A stretch of DNA of 64,000 bases, taken from contig NZBN01000007.1 of NCBI GenBank assembly GCA_002687935.1, positions 69,030 to 133,029 on the forward strand, read 5' to 3'. A model generated the notes under the pieces. That model was given only the letters and a program-made list of their open reading frames with translations. It ran no database searches and was not told where the DNA came from. Made by a program: the position numbers and the translations under genes. Shown here piece after piece: positions 59,557-64,000 of the stretch (its first letter is position 1; each line of letters opens with the position of its first letter). This DNA comes from Methanobacteriota archaeon. Lineage in GTDB: Archaea > Undinarchaeota > Undinarchaeia > Undinarchaeales > Undinarchaeaceae.

Positions 59557-61227
59557 ATGAAATACGGAAAACTTGTTGATTCTTACAGAAAGCTCAGCTC
59601 CACAAACAAAAAACTGGAAAAAACGGACATAGTCTCAAAACTCTTAAAATCGGCATCAGACGAGGACCTCGAAGTTCTTGTACTACTTTCCCGTGGTAGA
59701 ATTTTCCCTGAATGGGATGTGACTGAACTCGGCGTTGCCGACAGTATAATGATAAAAACTCTTGCCAAAACTTCCGGAGTTCCTGAATCTGAAATAAAGT
59801 CAATTTCAAGAAAAAAAGGAGATCTTGGAGATGCAGCTGAGGAAATACTTGAAAAGAAAAGACAGACAACTCTTCACAAGAAGAGTTTAAGCCTTTCTGC
59901 AGTCTATTCAAACCTTCGCAAGATACCTTCTATTGGAGGTTCTGGTTCTGTTGAAAAAAGAATGGCATTAATTTCTGAGTTATTGTCGTCAGCTACTCCT
60001 GAGGAAGGAAAATACATAACCAGAACAGTATTACAGACTCTCCGCCTTGGTGTCGGGGAAGGAACCATCCGTGATGCTATAGCAAAGGCTTACGGACTTG
60101 AGGCTTCTCTTGTAGAGAGAGCTCACAATATAAGAAATGACTTCGGGGAAATTGTAAAAATAGCCAGAAAAGCGGGTGAAACTGGTCTTAAGAAGCTCTC
60201 TCTGGAAGTCGGACGTCCATTGAAACCAATGCTGGCACAGAAAACAGAGGGCATAGAAAAAGCTGTCGAGGATATGGGTGGACTCGCTGCATGGGAAATA
60301 AAATATGACGGAATGCGTGTTCAAATACACAAAAAAGGAAGTGATATTCGCGTTTTCACACGAAGGCTTGATGATGTTACTAAGCAGTTTTATGATATAG
60401 TTGAAATTTCCTCAAAATCTATTGTTGCAAAAGACTGCATACTTGAAGGTGAAGCGGTTGGTGTAGATCCAAAGACAGGGAAGCCACTTCCCTTTCAGCA
60501 ACTGTCCCGTAGGATAAAGAGAAAATATGACATCGAAGAACTTTCAAAAGAGATTCCTGTCACAGTCAATCTTTTTGATATATTATATCTTGACGGAAAA
60601 TCCCTTCTGGATTCTCCATTTGAGGAGAGGCGAAAGCTTCTTGTAAAGTCCGTAAAGCCAAACGGAGCAAAATTTGCTCTCGCTGAACAAGTTATTTCTG
60701 GTGACAAGAAAAAAATCACGAGATTTTATGATCATGCTCTTTCTATGGGTCACGAAGGTCTTATGGCGAAGAATCTCAGTGCAAAATACACTCCTGGTTC
60801 TAGGGTGAAGCATATGTACAAGCTGAAACCTGAGATGGAAACCCTTGATTTAGTCGTAATCGGTGCCATTTGGGGGGAGGGCCGCAGAGCAAACTGGCTC
60901 GGTTCATTCATTCTCGGAGCCCGCGATGTTGATACATCAGAATTTGTCGAAGTTGGTAAGGTTGCAACAGGACTTAGCGATGAGAATCTAAAAAATCTTA
61001 CAAAAATTCTCAAACCACTTATAACAAAGGACAATATTTCCACTCTTGATGTAAAACCGAAGCTAGTTGTTGAAGTCGGATATGAGGAGATACAGAAATC
61101 CCCAACATATCGCTCCGGTTTCGCTCTCCGATTTCCAAGAGTCAAGCAAATCCGGGACGACAAGGGTCCTGAGGATGCTGACAGTATAGAAAGACTGGCT
61201 AGGCTCTATGAAATGCAGAGAAAATAG
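59557..61227 (+). CDS. lig: ATP-dependent DNA ligase
   Basis: KPMLAQ, WEIKYDGMRVQIH, ILEGE, FDILY, EGLMAK, YKLK, LRFPR. Confidence 0.97.
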   Translation: MKYGKLVDSYRKLSSTNKKLEKTDIVSKLLKSASDEDLEVLVLLSRGRIFPEWDVTELGVADSIMIKTLAKTSGVPESEIKSISRKKGDLGDAAEEILEKKRQTTLHKKSLSLSAVYSNLRKIPSIGGSGSVEKRMALISELLSSATPEEGKYITRTVLQTLRLGVGEGTIRDAIAKAYGLEASLVERAHNIRNDFGEIVKIARKAGETGLKKLSLEVGRPLKPMLAQKTEGIEKAVEDMGGLAAWEIKYDGMRVQIHKKGSDIRVFTRRLDDVTKQFYDIVEISSKSIVAKDCILEGEAVGVDPKTGKPLPFQQLSRRIKRKYDIEELSKEIPVTVNLFDILYLDGKSLLDSPFEERRKLLVKSVKPNGAKFALAEQVISGDKKKITRFYDHALSMGHEGLMAKNLSAKYTPGSRVKHMYKLKPEMETLDLVVIGAIWGEGRRANWLGSFILGARDVDTSEFVEVGKVATGLSDENLKNLTKILKPLITKDNISTLDVKPKLVVEVGYEEIQKSPTYRSGFALRFPRVKQIRDDKGPEDADSIERLARLYEMQRK

Positions 61228-61286
61228 TCACTACTCGAGAATAATAAAACTTTTATATACCACCTTAGTAACTGTACCTGTGGGAA

Positions 61287-62039
61287 ATGAGTAAAAATTC
61301 AGACGTCCTTAATTTGCTGAACCGCGTTGGCTTAAACAAGTATGAATCAGAGCTCTATACGGCGCTTCTTAAACTAGGAAGCTCTACTGCCGGCGAGCTT
61401 GCATCAAAGTCAAACGTTCCAAGGTCAAGAGTTTATGATGTTCTTATAAGTCTGGAGAAGAAGGGCTTTGCCCTTATTCAGGTGGGAAGGCCTGTAAAAT
61501 ATACAGCAACAGCTCCGGATAAACTTGTCGGAAGTATAGTTTCAAATTATGAGGATGACCACAAGGAAAGACTTTCAGATTTTGAAAGAATAAAAGGAAA
61601 TCTTTTGAAAAGTCTCAGCAGTATTCACGGAACTGAAGGTTCTGAAGATGACAATCTTGTCGGAATTATTCGCGGAAAGTCTAATATCTACAGTCAGATG
61701 AAAAATATGATTTCTGATTCAAAATCTTCAATTGTGAAGATTGCAAGCGGAGAAAGTGCAGGGCATTTTGAAAAACATTGTTCAGGTCATATTGAGGGAG
61801 CAAAGAAAAGAGGAGTCAATACTCGTCTTATAATTAATTCAGACGGAAAGGACTCAGATTCAAAATCTTCAGCAGATTCAAGACTGTCAAAAAACAGCCA
61901 CGGACGTTTTTTCGTTAAAGATGGAGAAGAACTTCTTGCATTTCTAAAGGGTGGCGAATCTGCTCTCTGGATACGCGATTCATCTTTGGCAGGCTCTTTT
62001 GCAGGACTCTTCGAATCAGTTTGGCAGAACAGCAAGTAA
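61287..62039 (+). CDS. TrmB family transcriptional regulator
   Basis: GLNKYESELYTALL...TAGELASKSNVPRSRVYDVLISLEKKG...GRPVKY; C-terminal PLD-like sensor region. Confidence 0.9.
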   Translation: MSKNSDVLNLLNRVGLNKYESELYTALLKLGSSTAGELASKSNVPRSRVYDVLISLEKKGFALIQVGRPVKYTATAPDKLVGSIVSNYEDDHKERLSDFERIKGNLLKSLSSIHGTEGSEDDNLVGIIRGKSNIYSQMKNMISDSKSSIVKIASGESAGHFEKHCSGHIEGAKKRGVNTRLIINSDGKDSDSKSSADSRLSKNSHGRFFVKDGEELLAFLKGGESALWIRDSSLAGSFAGLFESVWQNSK

Positions 62040-62056
62040 TCACTTATTAAACAAGG

Positions 62057-62118
62057 TTTATAAATGGAGTTACACTACATTTTCAGGGTGTAACCAGCAC
62101 TATGTGGCGTTACACTAC
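62057..62118 (+). promoter_or_regulatory. TATA box followed by operator-like repeats
   Basis: TTTATAAA 62057-62064; GTTACAC(62069)-N12-GTGTAAC(62094) inverted repeat; GTTACACTAC directly repeated at 62069 and 62109. Confidence 0.5.
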
Positions 62119-62135
62119 TAAAACGGTGCTTTGAA

Positions 62136-64000
62136 TTGGTCTATAAACGCTATATCAAAAAAGGCGGGAAGAAAGTAGGTCCTTATTATTATGACAGTAT
62201 GCGCGACGCAGACGGAAAAGTTCGTACAATATATATAGGACGCGACCCGACGGAATATCTCAGGAAAAAAGAGAGTTCAAAAAATAATATTTCATCTCCG
62301 TCTTCAAATTCTTCATCTCCAATGAGGAAAATTCCCTCCCGTCCCTTGGGCGGTTATCGCAAGACGAAAGTTGACTCAAAGTTCATAGGTTTCTCTCTGG
62401 TTTTTCTTGCTCTTATTGCAGTGGTTCTATCTTCTCCTTTATCGGACGCGCCAACAGGACTTCTTGCGGGCGGTCAAAAAGTTTCAACAAGCTGGGAAAA
62501 TGTAGAGTTTCTGCAAATCGCGACTGGTCAGAGAGCGGTTTCCCATCACATAGTTTTCGGAAGCAACAAGCCAGAGGCCTGTGAAGATGGCATATTTGTT
62601 CTCTCTGGTAATGGAGAGGAAGTTGATTTTACTCTTACTGACAAGATTATTTCTGGAGGAGAATGTCAGAAAGCAATTATCCACTTCACTGCGGGTCCTG
62701 AGGCAGATATTGCTGCTGTTTTAGGCCTCTTTGAAATAGATGAAATAAATCTTGCATCTGAATATTCAATATTCTATGGTCTTGTAATATCAGGGGGTGT
62801 CGGAAGTTCTCCTTCTACTGTTGAAGCGGCAGACGAACAGGAACTGCAGGACATTCACCTGGAATCTTCCCAGATAGTCGCCGGAGAAGATATTATGTGG
62901 ACAAAGAAGGTGAAAGTTCAGAATACTGAAAAGCGCCCAAGGACCCTGGATGTCAGTATTGGCATACCAGATGATGCGAAGAGTGTCACTTTTACAAGCT
63001 ACACATCTCCAAATGAATTTTTTGTTTCAGACACTGTGGAGGGGCAGTCTGTTGATTACGAGTATTCATTAGAGAGTCTTGAGTCAGAAACTTTTGAAGT
63101 AGAATATGTTACGGAGGGTCCAGTTGTTGAAGAATCAAATCTTTCAGAGGCTGATGGCAGGCTCACAAAGACTGTTAATGTTTCATCGGACTATCATTAC
63201 GAAAATGTTCTCACCTATGCAGCAGTTCCTGACCTCGAGCCTGAGCAGGTTCATCTCTTCTGGATTATTGATGGTATTAAAACTGATGTCACTGAAAGGG
63301 CAGATTTCAATGTGAGCTTCTACGACGAGAACGGCGACGGGCTCATTGATAAAATGTCCTGGGTCGTTCCCCACCTCTCTACTCAGGAATTCGTTCTTGT
63401 TTTTGACATCACTGTAATAAATCCATGGCATTATGGAGCCAGCGGAGAGGACTGGATTGTTTACTTTAACACAACGGGTGAGGGGACGCTGAACATAAGC
63501 AAAGACAGTTTAGCAGATTCAGTGCTTTCTTTTAACTGGATAAAATGCGGTATTGCTACCCTGACTCCGATTATTGATGGTCCAAGTGTTATTGTCTACA
63601 ACTATTCCTGTGACTATAAAGGAAGTATCAGTCATACGATATCTGAGATGCCGTCTGAGGTCTTCAGTCAGACTTTGAACTTTGGAAATGACCTGTATAA
63701 TGATGTTGATTTTGCTTATGATCCTTCGTGTACTGAAGAGCTTCAACATCCAATTACTTGCGACACTTCAACATACCCTGGTGGTGGTCCAGGGATTACT
63801 TGCGATATGATGTTTGGACTTCCTGTTGTATACCAGGATGGAACGAACTGCTTCGCAACTGGAGCTCCTGGCACCGGAATGGAGTGCACTAACATGGGGC
63901 CTCCCGTCTCCGTAGAATGCGCGGTCTTCAGTTCTGGAATTCCGGAAGCAACAATAACGGCCTCCGATGCAACTGCAACAGAAGCAGGTTTAACAACTGG
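62136..64000 (+). CDS. Very large membrane-anchored surface protein, partial (runs off window end)
   Basis: Hand translation open from TTG 62136 (GGTG SD-like 7 nt upstream) to 64000: VYKRYIKKGGKKVGPYYYDSMRDADGKVRTIYIG, one TM (FIGFSLVFLALIAVVL), DENGDGLIDKMSWVVPHLSTQEF, YFNTTGEGTLNI, Cys-rich stretch, ATITASDATATEAG. Confidence 0.85.
   Translation, partial: MVYKRYIKKGGKKVGPYYYDSMRDADGKVRTIYIGRDPTEYLRKKESSKNNISSPSSNSSSPMRKIPSRPLGGYRKTKVDSKFIGFSLVFLALIAVVLSSPLSDAPTGLLAGGQKVSTSWENVEFLQIATGQRAVSHHIVFGSNKPEACEDGIFVLSGNGEEVDFTLTDKIISGGECQKAIIHFTAGPEADIAAVLGLFEIDEINLASEYSIFYGLVISGGVGSSPSTVEAADEQELQDIHLESSQIVAGEDIMWTKKVKVQNTEKRPRTLDVSIGIPDDAKSVTFTSYTSPNEFFVSDTVEGQSVDYEYSLESLESETFEVEYVTEGPVVEESNLSEADGRLTKTVNVSSDYHYENVLTYAAVPDLEPEQVHLFWIIDGIKTDVTERADFNVSFYDENGDGLIDKMSWVVPHLSTQEFVLVFDITVINPWHYGASGEDWIVYFNTTGEGTLNISKDSLADSVLSFNWIKCGIATLTPIIDGPSVIVYNYSCDYKGSISHTISEMPSEVFSQTLNFGNDLYNDVDFAYDPSCTEELQHPITCDTSTYPGGGPGITCDMMFGLPVVYQDGTNCFATGAPGTGMECTNMGPPVSVECAVFSSGIPEATITASDATATEAGLTT

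Overview
Archaeal chromosomal window (about 42% GC by eye), most consistent with a DPANN/Nanobdellati-type lineage: K-[AG]-Q class III prepilins, PHLS-type giant surface protein, split transketolase. Exact taxon cannot be called without a database. It is mostly dense housekeeping DNA. Contents: two tandem FG-GAP surface proteins; TM0106 nuclease; thermosome; a type IV pilus locus (6 pilin-like genes, ATPase, two TadC/FlaJ-type platform proteins); RFC S/L; UppS and GGR; MTAP-APT-SAHH; TBP-MCM-presenilin-RPA2-aIF2beta; aIF1A-KH-TopoVI; a non-oxidative pentose phosphate/pyrE-pyrF operon; the aIF5B-S6e-aIF2gamma-PIN-HppA-RpoE-Spt4-S24e-S27ae cluster; RNase P RNA; a 16S-tRNA-Ala-23S operon with no linked 5S; six tRNAs; an M64-like lipoprotein peptidase; AsnRS; FtsZ; a DASS transporter; DNA ligase; a TrmB regulator; and the start of a giant surface protein. 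No CRISPR array, integrase or transposase was seen. Best lead: the 47-nt intron of tRNA-Leu(CAA) looks like a minimal box C/D guide whose D+5 rule points exactly at C34 of its own tRNA, and its guide fold excludes the splicing (BHB) fold. Other leads: a CCC-UGA +1 slippery stop that runs MCM into an ATG-less presenilin ORF, a 9-nt tandem repeat tail on TBP, a hairpin-rich candidate ncRNA upstream of ftsZ, a shifted bulge in RNase P helix P4, and a membrane PPase in the slot where a soluble PPase is recalled to sit.
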